NCBI GenBank assembly: GCA_028284225.1
Contig: JANQSD010000022.1
Location: 163,777 to 227,776 of the forward strand
Source of the DNA: Arenicellales bacterium
Lineage (GTDB): Bacteria; Pseudomonadota; Gammaproteobacteria; Arenicellales; JAHEKD01
Reading direction: 5' to 3'
DNA length: 64,000 bases
Below the pieces are notes generated by a model that saw only the letters and a list, made by a program, of their open reading frames with translations, had not been told where the DNA came from and ran no database searches. Numbering within the stretch: position 1 is the stretch's first letter; each line of letters opens with the position of its first letter. This document shows positions 9,378-18,542 of the stretch, piece by piece. Made by a program: the position numbers and the translations under genes.

Positions 9378-10046
9378 ATGCAACGCTACTATAATAAGCG
9401 AGCCCGTGAGTACGATGCGTCGATGGGGTATGGCGATCCGGCTGTAGTTGAAAGTCTGGTTCCGGTTATCGATGAGATTAAGAACCGGGTGCGTGGGTTG
9501 AATGTTCTTGAGCTGGCTTGCGGCCCCGGATTTTGGACTAGCCATATGATTGAAACGGCAAAGTTTGTTTTGGCCAGCGACTACAATCAATCTACTCTTG
9601 ATCAGGCCATCAATAGAAACCTGCCAAGTTCCAAGGTCAGGTTTATTCAGACAGATGCCTATGATATCAAGTCAGTACAAGGCGAGTTTGAGGTGCTGGT
9701 TGCTGTAGACTGGTTGGCCCATGTCCCACTTGCCAAAATGCAGGTGTTTTTGCAGAACGTTAATCATCGATTACCTGCAGATTCTCAGATGATTTTTGTT
9801 GATCAACTTCCAGGGCCGCACTCACTGACGAGTGAGTTTGATCAACAGGGTAATCATATCCAAACAAGAGCATTAGAAAACGGTGAAGTATTTAAAGTAA
9901 TCAAACACTTCTTTTCTGATCAGCAATATATGGAATTGTTTAAACCTTATTTAAGTCACTTATCAATTCAAAGGTTTGAAACTTGTCGCAGGGTATTGGT
10001 GAGCGGGCGAACGACGGAGCATCCAGTTACATCAATTGTGGGTTAA
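9378..10046 (+). CDS. Class I SAM-dependent methyltransferase
   Basis: Motif I VLELACGPGFWT and the downstream acidic motif LASDYN. I chose ATG 9378 because the track GTG at 9360 overlaps the previous gene. Confidence 0.75.
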   Translation: MQRYYNKRAREYDASMGYGDPAVVESLVPVIDEIKNRVRGLNVLELACGPGFWTSHMIETAKFVLASDYNQSTLDQAINRNLPSSKVRFIQTDAYDIKSVQGEFEVLVAVDWLAHVPLAKMQVFLQNVNHRLPADSQMIFVDQLPGPHSLTSEFDQQGNHIQTRALENGEVFKVIKHFFSDQQYMELFKPYLSHLSIQRFETCRRVLVSGRTTEHPVTSIVG

Positions 10047-10048
10047 AT

Positions 10049-10690
10049 ATGTCGTCTAAAATTGGAAATCCTAGATATCGACGTTTACCTGAACAACAGC
10101 GCAAGCAATTAATTATAGATGCCACGCTTAAATGTTTGGCTTCTTATAGCCTGGGTGATACCACCGTGCGCCGAATAGCTGAAATAGCCGGCGTTACGCC
10201 TGGCCTGGTGACACATCACTTTAAAAGCAAAGAAGAATTGATTGCTGAGGCTTATAGATATTTATCAGAAAAGTTCTTATCCGATTACCGCCGTGCCAGT
10301 AACGAAGAGTCTGATGATCCCATCGAGCGTTTAAGATCTTTGATAAGTGTAATGTTTCAACCGCAAACATTGGATCGGGAGCTGTTAAAAATCTGGACAA
10401 GCTTCTGGACGCTGGTTTTGTCCGATAAACGGCTTGAAGCTGTTCATCAATTAACGGCCAAAAAAACACGCAATCATCTTTGTGGACTAATCAAAGCCGC
10501 GCTATTGGTCCGTAAAAAAACCGTTGATGAAAGTGAAATACATGAGTTGTCCATAGCGATTTTGAGCCTGCTTGATGGAATGTGGTTAGCCTGGGGACTG
10601 GATCCGGATTTATTTGAGCCAGACCAGGCTCGCGGTATCGCTTTTGAGATGATTTCAGCACGCTTAGACCTGCCGGAGCTAAGAGACTAA
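10049..10690 (+). CDS. TetR/AcrR family transcriptional regulator (BetI-like N-terminus)
   Basis: HTH TTVRRIAEIAGVTPGLVTHHFKSKEEL. ATG 10049 lies 2 nt after the methyltransferase stop. Confidence 0.85.
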   Translation: MSSKIGNPRYRRLPEQQRKQLIIDATLKCLASYSLGDTTVRRIAEIAGVTPGLVTHHFKSKEELIAEAYRYLSEKFLSDYRRASNEESDDPIERLRSLISVMFQPQTLDRELLKIWTSFWTLVLSDKRLEAVHQLTAKKTRNHLCGLIKAALLVRKKTVDESEIHELSIAILSLLDGMWLAWGLDPDLFEPDQARGIAFEMISARLDLPELRD

Positions 10691-10733
10691 ATCTATTCAA
10701 AATCGTCACTACCCTATTGTGCATTTAGACCCG

Positions 10734-10760
10734 CGTCATTCCGTGCTCGACACGGAATCC
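10734..10760 (+). repeat. A-family hairpin repeat (CGTC-ATTCCGTG-ctcga-CACGGAAT-CC)
   Basis: Perfect 8-bp stem with the conserved CGTCAT 5' end and AATCC 3' end. Located just downstream of the TetR gene. Confidence 0.6.
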
Positions 10761-11039
10761 ACTGGCATTTCTAACTCATCAGTTCTTTCAGTCCGCATCA
10801 ACTTTGTTCAACATGAAAGTTGATACGGGCGACAACAGCATTGCGGACTCGTCAGGCCCGTTATAGCATACACTTGAAAAAGGCTATTGGTTTGGGATGC
10901 ATTAGTTGTCATGGAAAAGCTGTTGGATCGCGGATATTTTCTTCGAAAATTCCACGATGACGAAAAGAAGAACTGGCAATTTTGATAGCAGCAGTGGATC
11001 AAAAAATATATTCTTACCAAGCTTTCTAAACATGATTGG

Positions 11040-11061
11040 TTATTATACAATTGTATAATAA
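11040..11061. promoter_or_regulatory. Perfect 22-bp palindrome TTATTATACAATTGTATAATAA, candidate operator (TetR?)
   Basis: 11+11 perfect inverted repeat, 112 nt upstream of the TPP-enzyme start and downstream of the TetR gene. Confidence 0.4.
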
Positions 11062-11172
11062 CTGAAGTTCATCTAATTTGAGCGAATGCATTGAAACAGC
11101 GGTCTTATCAATTCAATGTCAGTTTGTTGTGCTGAACGAAGCAAAACTTAACCATAGATAGAGGAAAAAAGT

Positions 11173-12768
11173 ATGCTGACTGTCGGTGAAGCGTTAGTTG
11201 ATTTGCTTGAGCAATACGGTGTTGATACAGTCTTCGGTATTCCCGGTACGCATTCGATAGAGCTATATCGAGGCCTGGAAAATTCCAGTATTCGGCATAT
11301 TCTGCCGCGTCACGAGCAAGGCGGTGGTTTTATGGCGGATGGCTATGCACGTGCAACCGGCAAGCCCGGGGTATGCTTTGTAATTACCGGCCCGGGGGTG
11401 ACCAACATCACCACACCAATGGGTGAGGCTTATATGGATTCGGTACCGATGCTGGTGATTTCTCCGGTCAACCAGCCTGATGCCGGTAAATACAATCGAG
11501 GTCGCCTTCATGAAATTACAGATCAGGCGGCAGTAACCGCACCGTTTACAGCTTTCAGTGCTACCGTTAACCATGCCCGGCAACTTCCGGAATTAATTGC
11601 TCGCGCGTTTACTATTTTTACCAGTGAACAACCCAGACCGGTGCACATCAGTATTCCACTGGACGTCATGCCGGAGCAAATCGATCAGCCCTGGAAAGCA
11701 GTCTCACTACCTAAACCGCCGCAGGCAGGCCAAGATCAATTGCAGCGAGCGGCACAAGTGATTAATAAATCCGAATGTCCATTAATCATTGCCGGTGGAG
11801 GTTGTCGTTTCGCCTCCGAGCAAGTGACCGCACTGGCTGAAAAAGCAGCTATTCCGGTGACAACTACTGTTGCAGGAAGAGGTGTGATAGCAGGTTCTCA
11901 TAAACTGGCTGTCGGAGCCCAGCTGCGAGCGGATGCAGTCAAACAGATGGCCAAGGATGCCGATTTAGTTATTTTATTAGGCACAGAATTGGCTCAAACC
12001 GATCACTGGGACGATGATCTACCAGGTGAATTATCGGCCAATCAAATCCGAGTCAATTTAAATTCAAATACTTTGTTAGCTGGTCAAAAAACACAGGCTA
12101 TCAACGCTGAGGTTAGTAGTACATTGCAAGAATTATTGCCGCTAATTGATCAAGCCACGGATGAGAAAAGGCAGTCAGCGTATAAGTGTATTAATGAAGT
12201 CAGGGATCAATTGACCAATGATTTAACCCAAAAAGAACAACGTCATATGCAAGTAATGAATATGGTCATGCCTGCATTGCCGTCTGATTGCACCGTTGTC
12301 AGTGATATGACTCAGCTGGCGTATACATCGATAGATTTTATCCCGCTAGAAAGGCCGAATAGCTGGTTTCATCCGACCGGTTACGGTACCTTGGGTTATG
12401 CCTTGCCGGCTGGCATGGGCGTAGCGATTGCCAAGCCGGAGCAGCCGGTTTTAGTCATGGTTGGTGATGCAGGTTTGCAATATACCGTGCAGGAGTTAAC
12501 TCTGGCTGCGGAGTTGAATTTAGATGTGACGATTCTACTTTGGAATAACGATGCCTTATCGCAAATCCGTGATGACATGGTTAACGCCGATATTGATCCG
12601 TTAGCCGTGACACAAACTAACCCGGATTTTATGAAATTGGCCCAGGCCTGTGGTTGGGACAGTGTTGCGGTCAATGATCTTGAATCATTACAAGCACAAC
12701 TTAAAGTTGCTTTTAGTCAGACTGAAAGACCCGTCTTGATTCAACTTAATGAGAACGAGTTAAGCTGA
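11173..12768 (+). CDS. Thiamine-diphosphate-dependent 2-oxoacid decarboxylase/acetolactate-synthase-like enzyme (AruI-like)
   Basis: N-terminal Pyr domain (GVDTVFGIPGTHSIELY, HEQGGGFMADGYAR) and C-terminal GDAG...NN TPP/Mg motif (MVGDAGLQYTVQEL...LWNNDAL). GAGGA RBS. Confidence 0.8.
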   Translation: MLTVGEALVDLLEQYGVDTVFGIPGTHSIELYRGLENSSIRHILPRHEQGGGFMADGYARATGKPGVCFVITGPGVTNITTPMGEAYMDSVPMLVISPVNQPDAGKYNRGRLHEITDQAAVTAPFTAFSATVNHARQLPELIARAFTIFTSEQPRPVHISIPLDVMPEQIDQPWKAVSLPKPPQAGQDQLQRAAQVINKSECPLIIAGGGCRFASEQVTALAEKAAIPVTTTVAGRGVIAGSHKLAVGAQLRADAVKQMAKDADLVILLGTELAQTDHWDDDLPGELSANQIRVNLNSNTLLAGQKTQAINAEVSSTLQELLPLIDQATDEKRQSAYKCINEVRDQLTNDLTQKEQRHMQVMNMVMPALPSDCTVVSDMTQLAYTSIDFIPLERPNSWFHPTGYGTLGYALPAGMGVAIAKPEQPVLVMVGDAGLQYTVQELTLAAELNLDVTILLWNNDALSQIRDDMVNADIDPLAVTQTNPDFMKLAQACGWDSVAVNDLESLQAQLKVAFSQTERPVLIQLNENELS

Positions 12769-13943
12769 TGCAATTTTCTTCATTAACAGATCGAATCGCT
12801 GGAACCAGTGTTGACTCCTGGGAGGTGCATTATAAAGCCGCTGCTAGACTCAACGCCGGCGAGGACATTTATTTGCTTAGCGTGGGTCAAGAGTCGTATG
12901 AATATACCGACCAGCGTATAGTCGACACAGCGATTAAGAGCATCAAAGCGGGCCGGCATCACTACACTCCGGTTGAAGGCGAGCTTGAACTAAGAAGGCG
13001 AATTGCTAAACGTCATCAACAAAAAACCGGGCAGCTTGTCGATGAAGATAACTGTGTGGTTTTCCTGGGCGCGCAAAATGGTATTTTTGCCGCTACCCAA
13101 TGTTTGTTGGAAGTCGGTGACGAGGTGATCATTCCCGAGCCATATTACACCACCTATCCAGCAACCTTTACCTGCACTGGAGCAACATTAAAATCGATTC
13201 CATGTCGGGCAGAAGATTACTTTCAGGTTAACGTTGAAGGTGTATTGGCTGCCATATCTAACAAAACCCGGGCCATTGTTTTAAATACGCCCAATAACCC
13301 AACCGGTGCGTTATATGACAAAGATCGAATTGCAGCAATCGTACAGGTCTGTGTTGAAAAAAATATCTGGTTAATTTGCGATGATGTCTACGCTGAGCTT
13401 GTCGATCCTGAAGATTTTTATTCGCCGGCATCCATGCCAGGTGCAGACCAGGTCGTGGTTACCGTCTCGAGTCTGTCAAAATCCCATCGTATGACCGGTT
13501 GGAGATTAGGCTGGGCGATTGCCCCTAAACAATTGGCAACGCACTTTTATAATCTAAATATGTGTATGAGTTATGGTCTGGTCGGCTTTGTCCAGGATGC
13601 GGCCATGACGGCGTTGGATTACTCAGAAGAAATTACGCCAAAAATTCGTGAAAATATTAACTTTAGACGCAACGTTTTAGCAGAAGCATTAGCTAAGATT
13701 CCAAGCATCAATGTCATCCCATCACAGGCCGGTATGTTTGTGATGTTAGATATCAGAGGTTTGAACATTTCCGGTCAAGATTTTTGCCGAGGCCTGCTTG
13801 ATCAATATGATGTTGGTTTAATTCCCTGTGACGGTTTTGGGCCGTCTGGTGCCGGTTTGGTGCGGGCGAGTGCCTGTGATGAACCGCAGCGATTACAGCA
13901 GGCCTGTGATCGTATCAAGCAGTATGTTGAATCGTTAAACTGA
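12768..13943 (+). CDS. Class I/II PLP-dependent aminotransferase (AruH-like arginine:pyruvate transaminase type)
   Basis: SLSKSHRMTGWRLGW (PLP-Lys context), NTPNNPTG, and an N-terminus (RIAG...W.VHY.A) like my recollection of P. aeruginosa AruH. ATG overlaps the upstream TGA. Confidence 0.75.
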   Translation: MQFSSLTDRIAGTSVDSWEVHYKAAARLNAGEDIYLLSVGQESYEYTDQRIVDTAIKSIKAGRHHYTPVEGELELRRRIAKRHQQKTGQLVDEDNCVVFLGAQNGIFAATQCLLEVGDEVIIPEPYYTTYPATFTCTGATLKSIPCRAEDYFQVNVEGVLAAISNKTRAIVLNTPNNPTGALYDKDRIAAIVQVCVEKNIWLICDDVYAELVDPEDFYSPASMPGADQVVVTVSSLSKSHRMTGWRLGWAIAPKQLATHFYNLNMCMSYGLVGFVQDAAMTALDYSEEITPKIRENINFRRNVLAEALAKIPSINVIPSQAGMFVMLDIRGLNISGQDFCRGLLDQYDVGLIPCDGFGPSGAGLVRASACDEPQRLQQACDRIKQYVESLN

Positions 13944-13966
13944 GTTAGATCGTCACTGTACGTTCA

Positions 13967-14179
13967 AATACCCCTCCTAACCTCCCCACTGGCAATTATT
14001 CGAAGTGAGGCTTGTCGGATTTGCTTTGACAGTATTCACCGGGAAGTTGAGTGATGCTATTAAGCTAGGTTTTGTTCAATGCACGTTTCATTTCCCGGTG
14101 AAATAGAGCAAAACTAATCTGAATTGCCACACTGCGAATCATTTCACATCCCCTCTTAAGGGAGGCTAGGAGGGGTATT
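13967..14179. repeat. B-family mosaic repeat element (213 bp) with about 20-bp terminal inverted repeats AATACCCCTCCTARCCTCCC
   Basis: The left end AATACCCCTCCTAACCTCCCC matches the reverse complement of the right end CCCTCTTAAGGGAGGCTAGGAGGGGTATT. Internal modules GGCAATTATTCGAAGTG, TTCACCGGGAAG/TTCCCGGTGAA and AAACTAATCTGAATTGCC recur at 19529..19792 and 29610..29694. Confidence 0.6.
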
Positions 14180-14305
14180 GGTTTTGAATTAAAGCCGTAA
14201 AAAATATCGGATATTTAAGATTTGACCCGTCCGGGGGTAGTCGAGAATTTTTAAACTGATAAAGTATCAATCCTTAGTAACAGGGTCTAAATCAAAGAGG
14301 TCATT

Positions 14306-15502
14306 ATGGCTGCCCAAGCGACTGTAGAAGGTAAATTTAACTGGCAGGAGCCGCTGCTGCTCTCCCAACAATTGAGTGAAGAAGAGCGCATGATTGATGA
14401 TGCGGCTAAGTCTTATTGTCAGGAGAAGTTAATGCCGCGAGTTCTAAACGCCAATCGCCATGAGGTGTTTGATCGCGAAATCATGAATGAGCTGGGTGAG
14501 TTGGGGTTTCTAGGGTCAACTATTCCCGAACAATATGGGGGTGCCGGGGTTAATTATGTTTCCTATGGTTTGGTAGCCCGCCAGGTGGAAATGGTTGACT
14601 CAGGGTATCGTTCTGCTATGAGTGTGCAATCCTCACTGGTGATGTATCCTATCTATGCTTACGGTAGCGAAGAGCAACGTAATAAATATTTACCTAAACT
14701 TGCCACAGGTGAGTGGGTGGGTTGCTTTGGACTGACCGAACCAGATCAGGGCTCTGACCCCGGCGGAATGAAAACCAGAGCTAAAAAAATTGATAGTGGC
14801 TACCAGCTCAAGGGTAGCAAGATGTGGATTACCAACTCACCGATTGCCGATGTGTTTGTAGTATGGGCCAAAGATGATGACGATGTTATTCGCGGATTTA
14901 TCCTTGAAAAAGAAATGGCTGGATTATCTGCACCTAAAATTGAGGGTAAGTTTTCATTGCGTGCTTCTACCACCGGTGAAATTGTTATGGACGATGTGTT
15001 TGTGCCGGAAGAGAATAAACTGCCAAACGCAAAAGGTCTGCGTGGACCGTTTGGTTGTTTAAATCGCGCCCGTTATGGTATTGCCTGGGGTGCGATGGGT
15101 GCGGCTGAATTCTGCTGGAATGCTGCTAGACAATATGTTCTGGACAGAAAACAATTCGGCCGGCCGCTTGCAGCAAATCAATTGATACAGAAAAAATTGG
15201 CGGATATGCAGACTGAAATTACTTTAGGACTGCAGGGCGCGTTGCAACTGGGCCGAATGATTGATGCGGGAGAAGGTGCACCGGAGGCAGTGTCATTAAT
15301 GAAACGCAATAATTGTGGTAAGGCACTAGAAATTGCCCGCCACGCCAGGGACATGCACGGTGGTAACGGTATTGCTGATGAATACCATGTGATCCGCCAT
15401 GCTATGAATCTGGAAGCCGTAAATACTTATGAAGGCACACATGATGTGCATGCCTTGATACTGGGACGAGCTCAAACGGGTATTCAGGCGTTTACAGCCT
15501 GA
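14306..15502 (+). CDS. gcdH: Glutaryl-CoA dehydrogenase
   Basis: Typical GCDH N-terminus ([18 protein letters not shown]), [17 protein letters not shown], and [14 protein letters not shown] near the C-terminus. Confidence 0.9.
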   Translation: MAAQATVEGKFNWQEPLLLSQQLSEEERMIDDAAKSYCQEKLMPRVLNANRHEVFDREIMNELGELGFLGSTIPEQYGGAGVNYVSYGLVARQVEMVDSGYRSAMSVQSSLVMYPIYAYGSEEQRNKYLPKLATGEWVGCFGLTEPDQGSDPGGMKTRAKKIDSGYQLKGSKMWITNSPIADVFVVWAKDDDDVIRGFILEKEMAGLSAPKIEGKFSLRASTTGEIVMDDVFVPEENKLPNAKGLRGPFGCLNRARYGIAWGAMGAAEFCWNAARQYVLDRKQFGRPLAANQLIQKKLADMQTEITLGLQGALQLGRMIDAGEGAPEAVSLMKRNNCGKALEIARHARDMHGGNGIADEYHVIRHAMNLEAVNTYEGTHDVHALILGRAQTGIQAFTA

Positions 15503-15528
15503 AGTTATTACAGTGAGGCTTTTTCAAT

Positions 15529-15565
15529 CGTCATTCTGGAAATGCCGAAGGCATTGTCCAGAATC
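15529..15565 (+). repeat. A-family hairpin repeat (CGTC-ATTCTGGAAATGCC-gaag-GGCATTGTCCAGAAT-C)
   Basis: Nested inverted repeat with the conserved CGTCAT start and AATC end, downstream of gcdH. Confidence 0.6.
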
Positions 15566-15628
15566 TCCATGGGCTGTCGCTATTTTAGGTAGATACTGGC
15601 TCCCCGCCTGCGCCAGTATGACATTGTT

Positions 15629-16429
15629 ATGTCTTTCCCACAAAGAATAGTCTGCCTCACGGAAGAAACTACGGAGACGCTTTACTTGCTTGGTGAGCAG
15701 GACCGAATAGTCGGCATCTCCGGCTATACGGTCAGACCGCCGCAGGCGCGTAGGGAAAAGCCAAAAGTCAGTGCATTTATTTCGGCCAAGATCGATACGA
15801 TCCTGGATTTGAAACCTGATCTTGTGATTGGTTTTTCAGATATGCAGGCTGAAATCGCTGCCGAATTAATCCGCCGGGGGGTAAATGTGCTGGTCTATAA
15901 CCAGCGTTCGGTCGCTGAAATTCTAGACATGATAACCAGTTTGAGTCGATTAGTTGGAAATCATAAAGGTGGGGAGCGACTGGTTGAACAGCTTCAGAAT
16001 AACTTAAACACAATTGCAGATAAGGCACAAAAATATAGCTATCGGCCTAAAGTCTACTTTGAAGAGTGGAATGACCCTTTAATTAGCGGTATACGTTGGG
16101 TTAGCGAATTGATTGAAATAGCAGGCGGGCAGGACTGCTTTGCTGATTTATCTCAACATCCAGGAGCCAAAGACAGAATTATTGCCGACCCGTCTGAAGT
16201 AATACATCGCAACCCGGACATTATTATAGGCTCTTGGTGCGGCAAGAAGTTTCAACCCGATGCGGTTAAATCCAGGTCTGACTGGCAATCAATTAATGCT
16301 GTCAAAAACGATCATATTTATGAAATCAAATCCCCATTGATTTTACAGCCAGGTCCGGCTGCATTAACCGAAGGTGTGTCAGCGCTGCATAAGTTGATCT
16401 TAAGTTTCAATCGTAACTTTGAAAAGTAA
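15629..16429 (+). CDS. Class-III periplasmic-binding-protein-fold protein (BtuF/TroA-like cobalamin- or siderophore-binding type) without a signal peptide
   Basis: RIVCLTEETTETLYLLGEQDRIVGIS and DLKPDLVIGF, typical of BtuF-like proteins. The N-terminus MSFPQRIV has no hydrophobic leader. Confidence 0.65.
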   Translation: MSFPQRIVCLTEETTETLYLLGEQDRIVGISGYTVRPPQARREKPKVSAFISAKIDTILDLKPDLVIGFSDMQAEIAAELIRRGVNVLVYNQRSVAEILDMITSLSRLVGNHKGGERLVEQLQNNLNTIADKAQKYSYRPKVYFEEWNDPLISGIRWVSELIEIAGGQDCFADLSQHPGAKDRIIADPSEVIHRNPDIIIGSWCGKKFQPDAVKSRSDWQSINAVKNDHIYEIKSPLILQPGPAALTEGVSALHKLILSFNRNFEK

Positions 16430-16545
16430 ACGGTCGTGCTTTTAGTCTGATTGTGAAACATTGTTAATTCTCCTTTAATTTTTATCTAGTCATGATAGGC
16501 TGCTGTGCATGACAGGTTAAGTTATTTAATGTGGGGTTAGTAAGT

Positions 16546-17610
16546 ATGTCTAAATCGGATATTGATGATCTTGGAGGTCATAAAGTACCCGCTGATGGCT
16601 TTTCAAAGCGCTATAATTCACGCCGTAACGTACTGAAATCAGTCATGCTAGGCAGTGGAATAGTGGCACTGCCAACCGAATGGAAGAAACCCATAGTCAA
16701 GTCTGTGTTGCTGCCGGCACATGCCCAGACCAGCGCAACGACGACGCCGTCCGCGACAACGACCTCGGCCCCGGACGCAACCACAGTGGCTCCGACCACT
16801 CCGATGCCAACTACCCCGGCCCCGACAACAACTTGTGCCCCTGCATCGATAAATTTTACTTATCTGTCCAATCCGAGCTTTATATCTAATGAAACTACAC
16901 CGGTAACGCATCAGGCCGTGGTTACAAATAACGGACCTGGAAGAATTTCCAGTTTTACAGTACAGGAAAGCCGCCCAAGCACTAGTGAAGTATTTCCGCT
17001 TTTAACTGGTGGTGTAATTGAACCGGGTGACACTGTTGTGCTTACTTCTAGTAGGAGTTATTTCTATAGCTTAGGTGAATCAGTTGAGTTGCAGGCGGTT
17101 GTAAATGCAATGGATGAGTGTGGTGGTCAATTATCAGATACACAGACTTCCACTGTTGTTACGATTGGCGCCAACATGGCGATCTATGCCAACCAGAACT
17201 CAGTCGGTCCAGGTGATGAAATTCAAATTAAGCTGGTATCCAGATTATATGCAACAGATGTTGAAGATGCGCAGTGGATTGATATGAAGTATCGTTGTAA
17301 TCTATTAAACAATCGCTGGCGCTTCGGTGGTCCGAATGATCATTATTGGGCGGATCCGTCAAATGATTTCGTCAATAAAACCATAGGTGCTAGTGACTAT
17401 GCATTAGATCTGAGTGATGGAAGGGATTTCGGTAACCAACCCGACTGGATTCATGAATTCAGTTATAGGGTTCCTGAAGGTTTAACCGAAGATTTGGTCA
17501 TTGAGGCTGAAGATGCTGGCTTGGTGAAAATTTACCAAAATGGACGGTGGTCTACGGCTGTACCCTTAGAAAATGGTTACGATCGTATTGTACTCAAGCT
17601 AAACGAATAA
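16546..17610 (+). CDS. Secreted hypothetical protein with a Tat-like leader and a Thr/Pro-rich linker
   Basis: SRRNVLKSVMLGSGIVALP, then LPAHAQTS, then about 45 aa of T/P/A-rich linker, then a 260-aa domain I do not recognise. The start could be GTG 16531 or ATG 16546. Confidence 0.6.
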   Translation: MSKSDIDDLGGHKVPADGFSKRYNSRRNVLKSVMLGSGIVALPTEWKKPIVKSVLLPAHAQTSATTTPSATTTSAPDATTVAPTTPMPTTPAPTTTCAPASINFTYLSNPSFISNETTPVTHQAVVTNNGPGRISSFTVQESRPSTSEVFPLLTGGVIEPGDTVVLTSSRSYFYSLGESVELQAVVNAMDECGGQLSDTQTSTVVTIGANMAIYANQNSVGPGDEIQIKLVSRLYATDVEDAQWIDMKYRCNLLNNRWRFGGPNDHYWADPSNDFVNKTIGASDYALDLSDGRDFGNQPDWIHEFSYRVPEGLTEDLVIEAEDAGLVKIYQNGRWSTAVPLENGYDRIVLKLNE

Positions 17611-17639
17611 TCACTACTGCTCAATTAGTTATCTCTTTT

Positions 17640-17676
17640 CGTCATGCCGGAAATACGATAGCATTATCCGGTATCC
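17640..17676 (+). repeat. A-family hairpin repeat (CGTC-ATGCCGGAAAT-acgatagc-ATTATCCGGTAT-CC)
   Basis: Inverted repeat with the conserved ends. A shortened relative (GTCATCCGAAATGAAGTATCC) sits at 17761..17781. Confidence 0.55.
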
Positions 17677-17780
17677 AACGGCGTTAATTGTGATTGTGTT
17701 TATCAATCTAGTGATTGCTTTTAATAAAGTAGCTTAAACTTTTTGTCCGGCTTCTGGATTGTCATCCGAAATGAAGTATC

Positions 17781-18542
17781 CTATTTGAATTCCAGATTTA
17801 TTACCTTCTTATCTGAATTTAGCCCACGATGGCTGATTTCAACAAAGCGAAGTTCATTTTTATTATTCAAGGACAACACACTTGAACAGCGGGTACCGTA
17901 ATTCTCACTTTCAATGTAAATCGAAGACAACAGTTGTTCGAATTCTTTCTCAATCCCGGTATCAGGTAACTCATGGTCAGGCGCTTTGGTTTTATCTTTG
18001 AGTAACTGCAATAGCGCAGATTCCATATCGGCTTGATGAATAATGCGCTGAAATGCTTGTTTGCCTTTGCTCACCTTAGGCCAGGGAGTATCTAATAAAT
18101 GGTTGCTTAATGCGAAATAACCATGCGCTAATTTTATTGCATCTGCGTTCTGGCGATTAGAAAAATAATAAAGATTTGCAGGTGGCTGACCAAAAATCAA
18201 ATTGTATCCGGCATATAGATTTGTTGAGTGTTGTAGCTGTGTTATAAATTCCTCATTTGTTCCGTCGAAATTTAAATAATCAGTGACTAATAATCCGCGT
18301 GAACGTTCAGCTACAAAACCAGTGTTAACTTCCCGATAATTAGTAATGGCAGCGAATTTTCCTGCATTTGTTACGGCCATCCAGGTGCCGCCTTGCTCCA
18401 GGTCTCTGCCACCAAGAATATGTGGCTGATCTTTCCAGAAACTCATAGAAGCGGTGGGGCGCTGATAGAACTCATCCCGGTTTGCAGCAAGGATGAACGG
18501 ATATTGCTCAGATTGGTTAACAGCTAATAATAAAAAACACAT
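17781..18542 (-). CDS. NRDE family protein (DUF833/TANGO2-like)
   Basis: MCFLLLA...ILAANRDEFYQRPT signature N-terminus. Confidence 0.8.
   Translation of the reverse strand: MCFLLLAVNQSEQYPFILAANRDEFYQRPTASMSFWKDQPHILGGRDLEQGGTWMAVTNAGKFAAITNYREVNTGFVAERSRGLLVTDYLNFDGTNEEFITQLQHSTNLYAGYNLIFGQPPANLYYFSNRQNADAIKLAHGYFALSNHLLDTPWPKVSKGKQAFQRIIHQADMESALLQLLKDKTKAPDHELPDTGIEKEFEQLLSSIYIESENYGTRCSSVLSLNNKNELRFVEISHRGLNSDKKVINLEFK

Noticed and set aside
10808-11050. 80-aa minus-strand ORF in the TetR / TPP-enzyme intergenic region. Similar intergenic or antisense ORFs occur at 18552..18761, 31940..32131, 32140..32328, 24946..25128 and 36832..37014.
   Set aside because: These have Cys/Phe/Asn-rich nonsense-like composition, non-ATG or RBS-less starts, and overlap repeats or promoters. 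I treat them as spurious.
15503-15628. A possible cobalamin riboswitch upstream of the BtuF-like gene.
   Set aside because: The region is only 126 nt, most of it an A-family hairpin. I see no B12-box-like conserved core.
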